Positions 16,861-26,778 are shown, counted from the stretch's first letter. The stretch is DNA of 32,000 nucleotides from Mycobacterium tuberculosis H37Rv (GCF_000195955.2 NC_000962.3:180001-212000), one strand, 5' to 3'. The notes: generated by a model not told the origin, from the sequence alone. Program-made: numbers and translations.

Positions 16861-17658
16861 GTGACGACGTCGACAACGCTTGGCGGTTACGTCCGCGACC
16901 AACTGCAAACCCCGCTGACCCTCGTCGGTGGATTCTTTCGCATGTGTGTGCTGACTGGAAAGGCGCTGTTTCGCTGGCCGTTCCAGTGGCGCGAGTTCAT
17001 TCTGCAGTGCTGGTTCATCATGCGGGTCGGATTTTTACCGACGATCATGGTCTCGATACCGCTGACGGTGCTGTTGATCTTCACGCTCAATATTCTGCTG
17101 GCCCAGTTCGGCGCGGCAGACATCTCCGGTTCCGGCGCGGCGATCGGCGCGGTCACCCAGCTTGGCCCGCTGACAACGGTGCTGGTGGTCGCCGGCGCCG
17201 GATCCACGGCCATCTGCGCCGACCTGGGTGCCCGCACCATCCGCGAGGAAATCGACGCGATGGAGGTGCTGGGCATCGATCCCATCCACCGTCTGGTGGT
17301 GCCGCGGGTGCTCGCCTCGATGCTGGTCGCCACGCTGCTCAACGGCTTGGTGATCACCGTCGGCCTGGTCGGTGGCTTTCTCTTCGGTGTCTATCTGCAG
17401 AACGTTTCGGGCGGCGCCTACCTTGCCACGCTGACCTTGATCACCGGCCTGCCCGAGGTGGTCATCGCAACCATCAAAGCCGCAACGTTCGGCCTGATCG
17501 CGGGCCTTGTCGGCTGCTATCGGGGGCTGACCGTCCGTGGCGGTTCCAAGGGTCTTGGCACCGCCGTCAACGAGACCGTGGTGCTGTGTGTGATTGCCCT
17601 GTTCGCCGTCAACGTGATCTTGACGACCATCGGTGTGCGATTCGGGACGGGGCGCTGA
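16861..17658 (+). CDS. yrbE1A: YrbE/MlaE-family permease of the Mce1 transporter, 265 aa, GTG start
   Basis: MTTSTTLGGYVRDQLQTPLTLVGGFFRMC...ADLGARTIREEIDAMEVLGIDPIHRLVVPRVLA: MlaE family EEIDAMEVLGI loop. Confidence 0.95.
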   Translation: MTTSTTLGGYVRDQLQTPLTLVGGFFRMCVLTGKALFRWPFQWREFILQCWFIMRVGFLPTIMVSIPLTVLLIFTLNILLAQFGAADISGSGAAIGAVTQLGPLTTVLVVAGAGSTAICADLGARTIREEIDAMEVLGIDPIHRLVVPRVLASMLVATLLNGLVITVGLVGGFLFGVYLQNVSGGAYLATLTLITGLPEVVIATIKAATFGLIAGLVGCYRGLTVRGGSKGLGTAVNETVVLCVIALFAVNVILTTIGVRFGTGR

Positions 17659-17659
17659 C

Positions 17660-18529
17660 ATGTCGACCGCTGCTGTGCTGCGCGCCCGCTTCCCGCGGGC
17701 GGTCGCCAACCTTCGTCAATATGGAGGTGCGGCGGCCCGTGGATTGGACGAGGCCGGCCAGCTCACCTGGTTCGCTTTGACCAGCATCGGGCAGATCGCG
17801 CACGCGCTGCGCTACTACCGCAAGGAGACGCTGCGGCTGATCGCCCAGATCGGCATGGGTACCGGCGCGATGGCCGTCGTCGGCGGCACGGTCGCCATCG
17901 TTGGCTTTGTCACGCTGTCCGGCAGCTCGCTGGTCGCAATCCAGGGCTTCGCGTCGCTGGGCAACATCGGTGTCGAGGCGTTCACCGGGTTCTTCGCCGC
18001 ACTGATCAACGTGCGCATCGCCGGCCCAGTTGTCACGGGTGTCGCCCTGGCGGCCACGGTCGGTGCGGGTGCTACGGCCGAGCTGGGCGCGATGCGGATC
18101 AGCGAGGAGATCGATGCCCTGGAAGTGATGGGCATCAAGTCGATCTCGTTTCTGGCCTCCACCCGGATCATGGCCGGGCTGGTGGTGATCATCCCGCTGT
18201 ACGCGTTGGCGATGATTATGTCGTTCCTGTCCCCGCAGATCACCACCACGGTGCTCTACGGGCAGTCGAACGGCACCTACGAGCATTACTTTCAAACGTT
18301 CCTGCGTCCCGACGATGTCTTTTGGTCCTTCTTGGAGGCCCTCATCATCACTGCGATCGTCATGGTCAGCCACTGCTACTACGGGTACGCCGCCGGTGGA
18401 GGCCCCGTCGGTGTCGGCGAGGCCGTCGGCCGATCGATGCGTTTCTCGTTGGTCTCGGTGCAGGTCGTTGTCCTGTTTGCAGCGTTGGCGCTCTACGGTG
18501 TCGACCCGAACTTCAATCTCACGGTGTAG
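17660..18529 (+). CDS. yrbE1B: YrbE/MlaE-family permease of the Mce1 transporter, 289 aa
   Basis: AELGAMRISEEIDALEVMGIKSISFLASTRIMAGLVVIIPLY...; directly follows yrbE1A. Confidence 0.95.
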   Translation: MSTAAVLRARFPRAVANLRQYGGAAARGLDEAGQLTWFALTSIGQIAHALRYYRKETLRLIAQIGMGTGAMAVVGGTVAIVGFVTLSGSSLVAIQGFASLGNIGVEAFTGFFAALINVRIAGPVVTGVALAATVGAGATAELGAMRISEEIDALEVMGIKSISFLASTRIMAGLVVIIPLYALAMIMSFLSPQITTTVLYGQSNGTYEHYFQTFLRPDDVFWSFLEALIITAIVMVSHCYYGYAAGGGPVGVGEAVGRSMRFSLVSVQVVVLFAALALYGVDPNFNLTV

Positions 18530-18533
18530 CCGC

Positions 18534-19898
18534 ATGACGACGCCGGGGAAGCTGAACAAGGCGCGAGTGCCGCCCTACAAGACGGCGGGTTTGGGTCTAG
18601 TGCTGGTCTTCGCGCTCGTAGTTGCCTTGGTATACCTGCAGTTTCGCGGGGAGTTCACGCCCAAGACGCAGTTGACGATGCTGTCCGCTCGTGCGGGTTT
18701 GGTGATGGATCCCGGGTCGAAGGTCACCTATAACGGGGTGGAGATCGGGCGGGTAGACACCATCTCGGAGGTCACACGTGACGGCGAGTCGGCGGCCAAG
18801 TTCATCTTGGATGTGGATCCGCGTTACATCCACCTGATTCCGGCAAATGTGAACGCCGACATCAAGGCGACCACGGTGTTCGGCGGTAAGTATGTGTCGT
18901 TGACCACGCCGAAAAACCCGACAAAGAGGCGGATAACGCCAAAAGACGTCATCGACGTACGGTCGGTGACCACCGAGATCAACACGTTGTTCCAGACGCT
19001 CACCTCGATCGCCGAGAAGGTGGATCCGGTCAAGCTGAACCTGACCCTGAGCGCGGCCGCGGAGGCGTTGACCGGGCTGGGCGATAAGTTCGGCGAGTCG
19101 ATCGTCAACGCCAACACCGTTCTGGATGACCTCAATTCGCGGATGCCGCAGTCGCGCCACGACATTCAGCAATTGGCGGCTCTGGGCGACGTCTACGCCG
19201 ACGCGGCGCCGGACCTGTTCGACTTTCTCGACAGTTCGGTGACCACCGCCCGCACCATCAATGCCCAGCAAGCGGAACTGGATTCGGCGCTGTTGGCGGC
19301 GGCCGGGTTCGGCAACACCACAGCCGATGTCTTCGACCGCGGCGGGCCGTATCTGCAGCGGGGGGTCGCCGACCTGGTCCCCACCGCCACCCTGCTCGAC
19401 ACTTATAGCCCGGAACTGTTCTGCACGATCCGCAACTTCTACGATGCCGATCCGCTCGCTAAAGCGGCGTCCGGTGGCGGTAACGGCTACTCGCTGAGGA
19501 CGAACTCAGAGATCCTATCCGGGATAGGTATCTCCTTGTTGTCTCCCCTGGCGTTAGCCACCAATGGGGCGGCAATCGGAATCGGACTGGTAGCCGGATT
19601 GATAGCGCCGCCCCTCGCGGTGGCCGCAAATCTAGCGGGAGCCCTACCCGGAATCGTTGGCGGCGCGCCCAATCCCTATACCTATCCGGAGAATCTGCCG
19701 CGGGTGAACGCTCGCGGTGGCCCGGGGGGCGCCCCCGGTTGCTGGCAGCCGATCACCCGGGATCTGTGGCCAGCGCCGTATCTGGTGATGGACACCGGTG
19801 CCAGCCTCGCCCCGTACAACCACATGGAGGTTGGCTCGCCTTATGCAGTCGAGTACGTCTGGGGCCGTCAGGTAGGGGATAACACGATCAACCCATGA
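18534..19898 (+). CDS. mce1A: Mce-family protein Mce1A, 454 aa
   Basis: MTTPGKLNKARVPPYKTAGLGLVLVFALVVALVYLQFRGEFTPKTQLTMLSARAGLVMDPGSKVTYNGVEIGRVDTI (MCE/MlaD domain). Confidence 0.96.
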   Translation: MTTPGKLNKARVPPYKTAGLGLVLVFALVVALVYLQFRGEFTPKTQLTMLSARAGLVMDPGSKVTYNGVEIGRVDTISEVTRDGESAAKFILDVDPRYIHLIPANVNADIKATTVFGGKYVSLTTPKNPTKRRITPKDVIDVRSVTTEINTLFQTLTSIAEKVDPVKLNLTLSAAAEALTGLGDKFGESIVNANTVLDDLNSRMPQSRHDIQQLAALGDVYADAAPDLFDFLDSSVTTARTINAQQAELDSALLAAAGFGNTTADVFDRGGPYLQRGVADLVPTATLLDTYSPELFCTIRNFYDADPLAKAASGGGNGYSLRTNSEILSGIGISLLSPLALATNGAAIGIGLVAGLIAPPLAVAANLAGALPGIVGGAPNPYTYPENLPRVNARGGPGGAPGCWQPITRDLWPAPYLVMDTGASLAPYNHMEVGSPYAVEYVWGRQVGDNTINP

Positions 19899-20935
19899 AA
19901 ATCACTGGAACCGTCGTCAAACTCGGCATCGTCTCGGTGGTGCTGCTGTTCTTCACGGTGATGATCATCGTGATTTTCGGTCAGATGCGCTTCGACCGGA
20001 CTAATGGCTATACCGCGGAGTTCAGCAATGTCAGCGGGCTGCGCCAAGGCCAGTTTGTCCGTGCTTCGGGGGTAGAGATCGGCAAGGTCAAAGCACTACA
20101 CCTGGTCGACGGTGGCCGTCGGGTTCGGGTGGAGTTCAATATCGATCGTTCGGTGCCGTTGTATCAGTCCACGACCGCCCAGATCCGCTATTCCGACCTG
20201 ATCGGTAACCGGTACGTGGAGCTCAAACGGGGTGAGGGCAAGGGGGCCAACGATCTGCTGCCGCCAGGTGGACTCATCCCATTGTCCCGCACGTCACCGG
20301 CCTTGGATCTGGACGCGTTGATCGGTGGTTTCAAGCCGGTGTTTCGGGCGTTGGATCCCGCGAAGGTGAACAACATCGCCAACGCGCTCATCACCGTCTT
20401 CCAGGGGCAAGGTGGCACCATAAACGACATCCTCGACCAGACCGCGCAACTGACCAGCCAGATCGCGGAGCGCGATCAGGCGATCGGTGAGGTTGTCAAG
20501 AACCTGAACATCGTGCTGGACACCACGGTCAAGCATCGAAAAGAGTTCGACGAGACGGTCAATAACTTGGAGAATCTGATCACTGGGCTGAGGAACCACT
20601 CCGACCAGTTGGCCGGCGGCCTCGCGCACATCAGCAACGGCGCCGGCACGGTGGCCGACCTGCTTGCCGAGAATCGCACGTTGGTGCGCAAGGCCGTCAG
20701 CTACCTGGACGCTATTCAGCAACCGGTCATCGACCAGCGCGTCGAGTTGGACGACCTGCTCCACAAGACGCCGACCGCGTTGACGGCGCTCGGACGCGCC
20801 AACGGAACCTACGGCGATTTCCAGAACTTCTACCTCTGCGACCTCCAGATCAAGTGGAACGGATTCCAAGCCGGAGGGCCGGTCCGCACGGTGAAGCTCT
20901 TTAGCCAGCCGACGGGTAGGTGCACGCCGCAATGA
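19895..20935 (+). CDS. mce1B: Mce-family protein Mce1B, 346 aa
   Basis: GYTAEFSNVSGLRQGQFVRASGVEIGKVKALHLVDGG; ATGA overlap with mce1A. Confidence 0.96.
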   Translation: MKITGTVVKLGIVSVVLLFFTVMIIVIFGQMRFDRTNGYTAEFSNVSGLRQGQFVRASGVEIGKVKALHLVDGGRRVRVEFNIDRSVPLYQSTTAQIRYSDLIGNRYVELKRGEGKGANDLLPPGGLIPLSRTSPALDLDALIGGFKPVFRALDPAKVNNIANALITVFQGQGGTINDILDQTAQLTSQIAERDQAIGEVVKNLNIVLDTTVKHRKEFDETVNNLENLITGLRNHSDQLAGGLAHISNGAGTVADLLAENRTLVRKAVSYLDAIQQPVIDQRVELDDLLHKTPTALTALGRANGTYGDFQNFYLCDLQIKWNGFQAGGPVRTVKLFSQPTGRCTPQ

Positions 20936-22479
20936 GAACGCTGGAACCACCCAACCGAATGCGAATTGGGCTCATGGGCATCGTCGTTGCGCTGCTCGTT
21001 GTCGCTGTGGGCCAAAGCTTTACCAGTGTTCCCATGCTATTCGCAAAGCCGAGCTACTACGGCCAGTTCACCGACTCCGGCGGACTGCACAAGGGCGACA
21101 GGGTACGCATCGCCGGCTTGGGAGTGGGCACCGTGGAGGGGCTCAAGATCGACGGCGACCACATCGTGGTCAAGTTCTCCATCGGCACCAACACCATCGG
21201 CACCGAGAGCCGCCTAGCCATCCGCACCGACACCATCCTGGGTAGGAAAGTGCTCGAGATCGAGCCGCGCGGCGCCCAAGCGTTGCCGCCCGGGGGCGTT
21301 TTGCCGGTTGGGCAAAGCACCACCCCGTACCAGATTTACGACGCGTTCTTCGACGTCACCAAGGCCGCATCCGGCTGGGACATCGAGACGGTCAAGCGGT
21401 CGCTGAATGTGTTGTCGGAGACCGTTGATCAGACCTATCCGCACCTGAGCGCCGCCCTCGACGGGGTGGCTAAGTTCTCCGACACCATCGGCAAGCGCGA
21501 CGAGCAGATCACGCACCTACTAGCCCAGGCCAACCAGGTGGCCAGCATCCTGGGTGATCGCAGTGAGCAGGTCGACCGCCTATTGGTCAACGCTAAGACC
21601 CTGATCGCCGCGTTCAACGAGCGCGGCCGCGCGGTCGACGCCCTGCTGGGGAACATCTCCGCTTTCTCGGCCCAGGTGCAAAACCTTATCAACGACAACC
21701 CGAACCTGAACCATGTGCTCGAGCAGCTGCGCATCCTCACCGACCTGTTGGTCGACCGCAAGGAGGATTTGGCTGAAACCCTGACGATCTTGGGCAGATT
21801 CAGCGCGTCGTTCGGTGAGACGTTTGCCTCTGGGCCCTACTTCAAAGTGCTGCTGGCCAACCTGGTGCCGGGTCAGATCTTGCAGCCGTTTGTCGATGCG
21901 GCATTCAAGAAGCGTGGTATTAGCCCGGAGGACTTCTGGCGCAGCGCCGGGCTGCCGGCATACCGGTGGCCCGACCCCAATGGCACCCGGTTCCCCAACG
22001 GTGCGCCGCCGCCACCACCGCCGGTGTTGGAGGGCACGCCCGAGCATCCCGGGCCGGCGGTGCCGCCGGGATCGCCGTGCTCCTACACCCCGCCGGCGGA
22101 CGGTCTGCCGCGGCCGTGGGATCCGCTGCCCTGCGCTAACCTCACTCAAGGTCCATTCGGTGGCCCCGATTTCCCGGCGCCGCTGGATGTCGCGACGTCG
22201 CCGCCGAACCCAGACGGTCCACCGCCCGCCCCGGGCCTACCAATCGCGGGACGTCCGGGTGAGGTGCCGCCGAACGTTCCCGGCACGCCGGTGCCGATTC
22301 CACAGGAGGCTCCCCCCGGGGCACGCACGCTGCCCCTCGGGCCGGCGCCTGGTCCGGCTCCGCCCCCGGCGGCGCCAGGCCCGCCGGCACCACCGGGCCC
22401 CGGGCCGCAGTTGCCGGCCCCGTTCATCAACCCCGGCGGCACCGGCGGTAGTGGCGTGACGGGAGGTAGCGAGAATTGA
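20932..22479 (+). CDS. mce1C: Mce-family protein Mce1C, 515 aa, with proline-rich C-terminal tail
   Basis: GQFTDSGGLHKGDRVRIAGLGVGTVEGLKIDGDHIVVKFSIG; overlaps mce1B; tail PPPPPPVLEGTPEHPGPAVPPGSP... to the C-terminus. Confidence 0.95.
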   Translation: MRTLEPPNRMRIGLMGIVVALLVVAVGQSFTSVPMLFAKPSYYGQFTDSGGLHKGDRVRIAGLGVGTVEGLKIDGDHIVVKFSIGTNTIGTESRLAIRTDTILGRKVLEIEPRGAQALPPGGVLPVGQSTTPYQIYDAFFDVTKAASGWDIETVKRSLNVLSETVDQTYPHLSAALDGVAKFSDTIGKRDEQITHLLAQANQVASILGDRSEQVDRLLVNAKTLIAAFNERGRAVDALLGNISAFSAQVQNLINDNPNLNHVLEQLRILTDLLVDRKEDLAETLTILGRFSASFGETFASGPYFKVLLANLVPGQILQPFVDAAFKKRGISPEDFWRSAGLPAYRWPDPNGTRFPNGAPPPPPPVLEGTPEHPGPAVPPGSPCSYTPPADGLPRPWDPLPCANLTQGPFGGPDFPAPLDVATSPPNPDGPPPAPGLPIAGRPGEVPPNVPGTPVPIPQEAPPGARTLPLGPAPGPAPPPAAPGPPAPPGPGPQLPAPFINPGGTGGSGVTGGSEN

Positions 22480-24068
22480 GCACCATCTTTGATATCCGCA
22501 ACCTGCGGTTGCCGCAGCTGTCGCGGGCCTCGGTTGTCATCGGATCGTTGGTGGTGGTGCTGGCGCTGGCCGCCGGAATTGTTGGTGTGCGGCTCTATCA
22601 AAAACTGACGAACAACACGGTGGTCGCCTACTTCACCCAAGCCAATGCGCTGTATGTCGGAGACAAGGTCCAGATTATGGGCCTCCCGGTCGGTTCGATC
22701 GACAAGATCGAACCAGCCGGCGACAAAATGAAGGTGACTTTCCACTACCAGAACAAGTACAAGGTGCCTGCCAATGCCTCCGCGGTGATCCTCAACCCCA
22801 CCTTGGTGGCGTCGCGGAACATTCAGTTGGAGCCACCCTACAGAGGTGGTCCAGTGCTGGCCGATAATGCGGTGATCCCGGTCGAGCGCACCCAGGTACC
22901 GACGGAGTGGGACGAGCTGCGGGACAGCGTTTCGCATATTATCGACGAGCTCGGCCCGACACCTGAGCAGCCCAAGGGGCCGTTCGGCGAAGTCATCGAG
23001 GCATTCGCCGACGGGCTGGCCGGCAAGGGTAAGCAAATCAACACCACGCTGAACAGCCTGTCGCAGGCGTTGAACGCCTTGAATGAGGGCCGCGGCGACT
23101 TCTTCGCGGTGGTACGCAGCCTGGCGCTATTCGTCAACGCGCTACATCAGGACGACCAACAGTTCGTCGCGTTGAACAAGAACCTTGCGGAGTTCACCGA
23201 CAGGTTGACCCACTCCGATGCGGACCTGTCGAACGCCATCCAGCAATTCGACAGCTTGCTCGCCGTCGCGCGCCCGTTCTTCGCCAAGAACCGCGAGGTG
23301 CTGACGCATGACGTCAATAATCTCGCGACCGTGACCACCACGTTGCTGCAGCCCGATCCGTTGGATGGGTTGGAGACCGTCCTGCACATCTTCCCGACGC
23401 TGGCGGCGAACATTAACCAGCTTTACCATCCGACACACGGTGGCGTGGTGTCGCTTTCCGCGTTCACGAATTTCGCCAACCCGATGGAGTTCATCTGCAG
23501 CTCGATTCAGGCGGGTAGCCGGCTCGGTTATCAAGAGTCGGCCGAACTCTGTGCGCAGTATCTGGCGCCAGTCCTCGATGCGATCAAGTTCAACTACTTT
23601 CCGTTCGGCCTGAACGTGGCCAGCACCGCCTCGACACTGCCTAAAGAGATCGCGTACTCCGAGCCCCGCTTGCAGCCGCCCAACGGGTACAAGGACACCA
23701 CGGTGCCCGGCATCTGGGTGCCGGATACGCCGTTGTCACACCGCAACACGCAGCCCGGTTGGGTGGTGGCACCCGGGATGCAAGGGGTTCAGGTGGGACC
23801 GATCACGCAGGGTTTGCTGACGCCGGAGTCCCTGGCCGAACTCATGGGTGGTCCCGATATCGCCCCTCCGTCGTCAGGGCTGCAAACCCCGCCCGGACCC
23901 CCGAATGCGTACGACGAGTACCCCGTGCTGCCGCCGATCGGTTTACAGGCCCCACAGGTGCCGATACCACCGCCGCCTCCTGGGCCCGACGTAATCCCGG
24001 GTCCGGTGCCACCGACGCCGGCACCGGTGGGGGCGCCGTTGCCCGCTGAGGCAGGAGGGGGTCAATGA
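22476..24068 (+). CDS. mce1D: Mce-family protein Mce1D, 530 aa; TTG start in a TTGA overlap
   Basis: VVAYFTQANALYVGDKVQIMGLPVGSIDKIEPAGDKMKVTFHYQNKYKVPANASAVILNPTLVASRNIQLEP. Confidence 0.95.
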   Translation: MSTIFDIRNLRLPQLSRASVVIGSLVVVLALAAGIVGVRLYQKLTNNTVVAYFTQANALYVGDKVQIMGLPVGSIDKIEPAGDKMKVTFHYQNKYKVPANASAVILNPTLVASRNIQLEPPYRGGPVLADNAVIPVERTQVPTEWDELRDSVSHIIDELGPTPEQPKGPFGEVIEAFADGLAGKGKQINTTLNSLSQALNALNEGRGDFFAVVRSLALFVNALHQDDQQFVALNKNLAEFTDRLTHSDADLSNAIQQFDSLLAVARPFFAKNREVLTHDVNNLATVTTTLLQPDPLDGLETVLHIFPTLAANINQLYHPTHGGVVSLSAFTNFANPMEFICSSIQAGSRLGYQESAELCAQYLAPVLDAIKFNYFPFGLNVASTASTLPKEIAYSEPRLQPPNGYKDTTVPGIWVPDTPLSHRNTQPGWVVAPGMQGVQVGPITQGLLTPESLAELMGGPDIAPPSSGLQTPPGPPNAYDEYPVLPPIGLQAPQVPIPPPPPGPDVIPGPVPPTPAPVGAPLPAEAGGGQ

Positions 24069-25237
24069 TGAGCGTGCTGGCGCGGATGCGGGTGATGCGC
24101 CACCGAGCCTGGCAGGGGCTGGTGTTGCTGGTGCTCGCACTCTTGCTGAGTTCGTGCGGCTGGCGCGGCATCTCCAATGTGGCGATCCCCGGCGGCCCGG
24201 GCACCGGCCCGGGCTCCTACACCATCTACGTGCAGATGCCGGACACGTTGGCGATCAACGGCAACAGTCGGGTCATGGTGGCCGACGTCTGGGTCGGATC
24301 GATCCGCGCGATCAAGTTGAAGAACTGGGTGGCCACGCTGACGCTGAGCCTGAAGAAGGACGTCACGCTACCGAAAAATGCCACCGCCAAGATCGGGCAG
24401 ACCAGCCTGCTGGGTTCGCAGCACGTCGAGCTGGCCGCGCCGCCAGATCCGTCGCCGGTGCCGCTGAAGGATGGTGACACCATCCCGTTGAAGCGCTCCT
24501 CGGCCTATCCCACCACCGAGCAGACGCTGGCCAGCATCGCCACCTTGTTGCGCGGCGGCGGCCTGGTGAACCTCGAAGGGATTCAGCAAGAGATCAACGC
24601 CATCGTGACGGGGCGGGCGGACCAGATCCGGGCCTTTCTTGGCAAGCTCGACACCTTCACCGACGAGCTCAACCAGCAACGCGATGACATTACCCGCGCC
24701 ATTGATTCCACCAATCGGTTGTTGGCTTATGTGGGCGGTCGTTCGGAAGTCCTCAATCGGGTGCTCACCGACCTACCGCCATTGATCAAGCACTTTGCGG
24801 ATAAGCAGGAACTGTTGATCAACGCTTCCGATGCGGTAGGCCGGCTCAGCCAGTCCGCCGACCAGTATCTTTCGGCTGCCCGGGGCGATCTGCACCAGGA
24901 CCTGCAGGCGCTGCAATGCCCGCTCAAGGAACTGCGTCGAGCCGCTCCGTATCTGGTGGGTGCGCTCAAATTGATCCTCACCCAGCCCTTTGACGTCGAC
25001 ACCGTGCCGCAGCTGGTGCGGGGCGACTACATGAACTTGTCGCTGACGCTGGACCTGACCTACAGCGCCATCGACAATGCGTTCCTTACCGGGACCGGAT
25101 TCTCCGGTGCGTTGCGCGCCCTCGAGCAGTCTTTTGGCCGCGATCCCGAGACAATGATTCCCGACATCCGGTACACACCGAACCCCAACGATGCGCCGGG
25201 CGGCCCGCTGGTAGAAAGGGGAAATCGCCAGTGCTGA
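24065..25237 (+). CDS. lprK: Mce-family lipoprotein LprK (Mce1E), 390 aa
   Basis: Signal peptide with lipobox LLSSC (VLLVLALLLSSCGWRG); MCE domain; ATGA overlap with mce1D. Confidence 0.95.
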   Translation: MMSVLARMRVMRHRAWQGLVLLVLALLLSSCGWRGISNVAIPGGPGTGPGSYTIYVQMPDTLAINGNSRVMVADVWVGSIRAIKLKNWVATLTLSLKKDVTLPKNATAKIGQTSLLGSQHVELAAPPDPSPVPLKDGDTIPLKRSSAYPTTEQTLASIATLLRGGGLVNLEGIQQEINAIVTGRADQIRAFLGKLDTFTDELNQQRDDITRAIDSTNRLLAYVGGRSEVLNRVLTDLPPLIKHFADKQELLINASDAVGRLSQSADQYLSAARGDLHQDLQALQCPLKELRRAAPYLVGALKLILTQPFDVDTVPQLVRGDYMNLSLTLDLTYSAIDNAFLTGTGFSGALRALEQSFGRDPETMIPDIRYTPNPNDAPGGPLVERGNRQC

Positions 25238-26778
25238 CTCGCTTCATCCGACGCCAGTTGATCCTTTTTGCGATCGTCTCCGTAGTCGCAATCGTCGTAT
25301 TGGGCTGGTACTACCTGCGAATTCCGAGTCTGGTGGGTATCGGGCAGTACACCTTGAAGGCCGACTTGCCCGCATCGGGTGGCCTGTATCCGACGGCCAA
25401 TGTGACCTACCGCGGTATCACCATTGGCAAGGTTACTGCCGTCGAGCCCACCGACCAGGGCGCACGAGTGACGATGAGCATCGCCAGCAACTACAAAATC
25501 CCCGTCGATGCCTCGGCGAACGTGCATTCGGTGTCAGCGGTGGGCGAGCAGTACATCGACCTGGTGTCCACCGGTGCTCCGGGTAAATACTTCTCCTCCG
25601 GACAGACCATCACCAAGGGCACCGTTCCCAGTGAGATCGGGCCGGCGCTGGACAATTCCAATCGCGGGTTGGCCGCATTGCCCACGGAGAAGATCGGCTT
25701 GCTGCTCGACGAGACCGCGCAAGCGGTGGGTGGGCTGGGACCCGCGTTGCAACGGTTGGTCGATTCCACTCAAGCGATCGTCGGTGACTTCAAAACCAAC
25801 ATTGGCGACGTCAACGACATCATCGAGAACTCCGGGCCGATTTTGGACAGCCAGGTCAACACGGGTGATCAGATCGAGCGCTGGGCGCGCAAATTGAACA
25901 ATCTGGCCGCACAGACCGCGACCAGGGATCAGAACGTGCGAAGCATCCTGTCCCAGGCGGCCCCCACCGCCGATGAGGTTAACGCGGTATTCAGCGGTGT
26001 TCGCGATTCGCTGCCACAGACCCTGGCCAATCTTGAGGTTGTGTTCGATATGCTCAAGCGCTACCACGCCGGCGTGGAGCAATTGTTGGTGTTCCTCCCA
26101 CAGGGTGCCGCGATCGCACAGACCGTACTCACGCCAACTCCGGGTGCTGCCCAGCTGCCGCTCGCGCCGGCGATCAACTATCCGCCGCCGTGCTTGACGG
26201 GTTTTCTTCCTGCATCGGAGTGGCGGTCTCCGGCCGATACCAGTCCCAGGCCGTTGCCGTCGGGAACCTATTGCAAGATTCCCCAGGATGCCCAGCTGCA
26301 AGTCCGGGGGGCGCGCAACATTCCCTGTGTCGATGTCCTGGGCAAACGAGCGGCGACGCCGAAGGAGTGCCGCAGTAAGGACCCGTACGTTCCGCTGGGT
26401 ACCAACCCGTGGTTTGGTGATCCGAACCAGATTCTCACCTGCCCGGCACCTGGAGCGCGCTGCGATCAGCCGGTGAAGCCCGGGTTGGTGATTCCGGCGC
26501 CCTCGATCAACACCGGTTTGAATCCGGCGCCCGCCGATCAGGTGCAAGGAACGCCCCCGCCGGTCAGTGACCCGTTGCAAAGACCGGGTTCGGGTACTGT
26601 GCAGTGCAACGGGCAGCAGCCTAACCCGTGCGTCTACACTCCAACATCGGGCCCGTCGGCGGTCTATAGCCCGGCCAGCGGTGAACTGGTGGGGCCGGAT
26701 GGTGTCAAGTACGCCGTCGCAAACTCGAGCACAACAGGAGACGACGGATGGAAGGAGATGCTGGCGCCGGCCAGCTGA
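25231..26778 (+). CDS. mce1F: Mce-family protein Mce1F, 515 aa, GTG start
   Basis: YTLKADLPASGGLYPTANVTYRGITIGKVTAVEPTDQGARVTMSIASNYKIPVDASANVHSVSAVGEQYIDLV. Confidence 0.96.
   Translation: MLTRFIRRQLILFAIVSVVAIVVLGWYYLRIPSLVGIGQYTLKADLPASGGLYPTANVTYRGITIGKVTAVEPTDQGARVTMSIASNYKIPVDASANVHSVSAVGEQYIDLVSTGAPGKYFSSGQTITKGTVPSEIGPALDNSNRGLAALPTEKIGLLLDETAQAVGGLGPALQRLVDSTQAIVGDFKTNIGDVNDIIENSGPILDSQVNTGDQIERWARKLNNLAAQTATRDQNVRSILSQAAPTADEVNAVFSGVRDSLPQTLANLEVVFDMLKRYHAGVEQLLVFLPQGAAIAQTVLTPTPGAAQLPLAPAINYPPPCLTGFLPASEWRSPADTSPRPLPSGTYCKIPQDAQLQVRGARNIPCVDVLGKRAATPKECRSKDPYVPLGTNPWFGDPNQILTCPAPGARCDQPVKPGLVIPAPSINTGLNPAPADQVQGTPPPVSDPLQRPGSGTVQCNGQQPNPCVYTPTSGPSAVYSPASGELVGPDGVKYAVANSSTTGDDGWKEMLAPAS

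Noticed and set aside
17609-18559. Long minus-strand ORF (316 aa) opposite yrbE1B
   Set aside because: It mirrors a well-supported plus-strand gene and has Asp/Arg/His-rich, low-complexity composition typical of shadow ORFs in GC-rich DNA.
22146-23036. 296-aa minus-strand ORF opposite mce1C/mce1D
   Set aside because: Its Pro/Gly-rich part is the complement of the mce1C proline tail; no family motif and no independent start signal.
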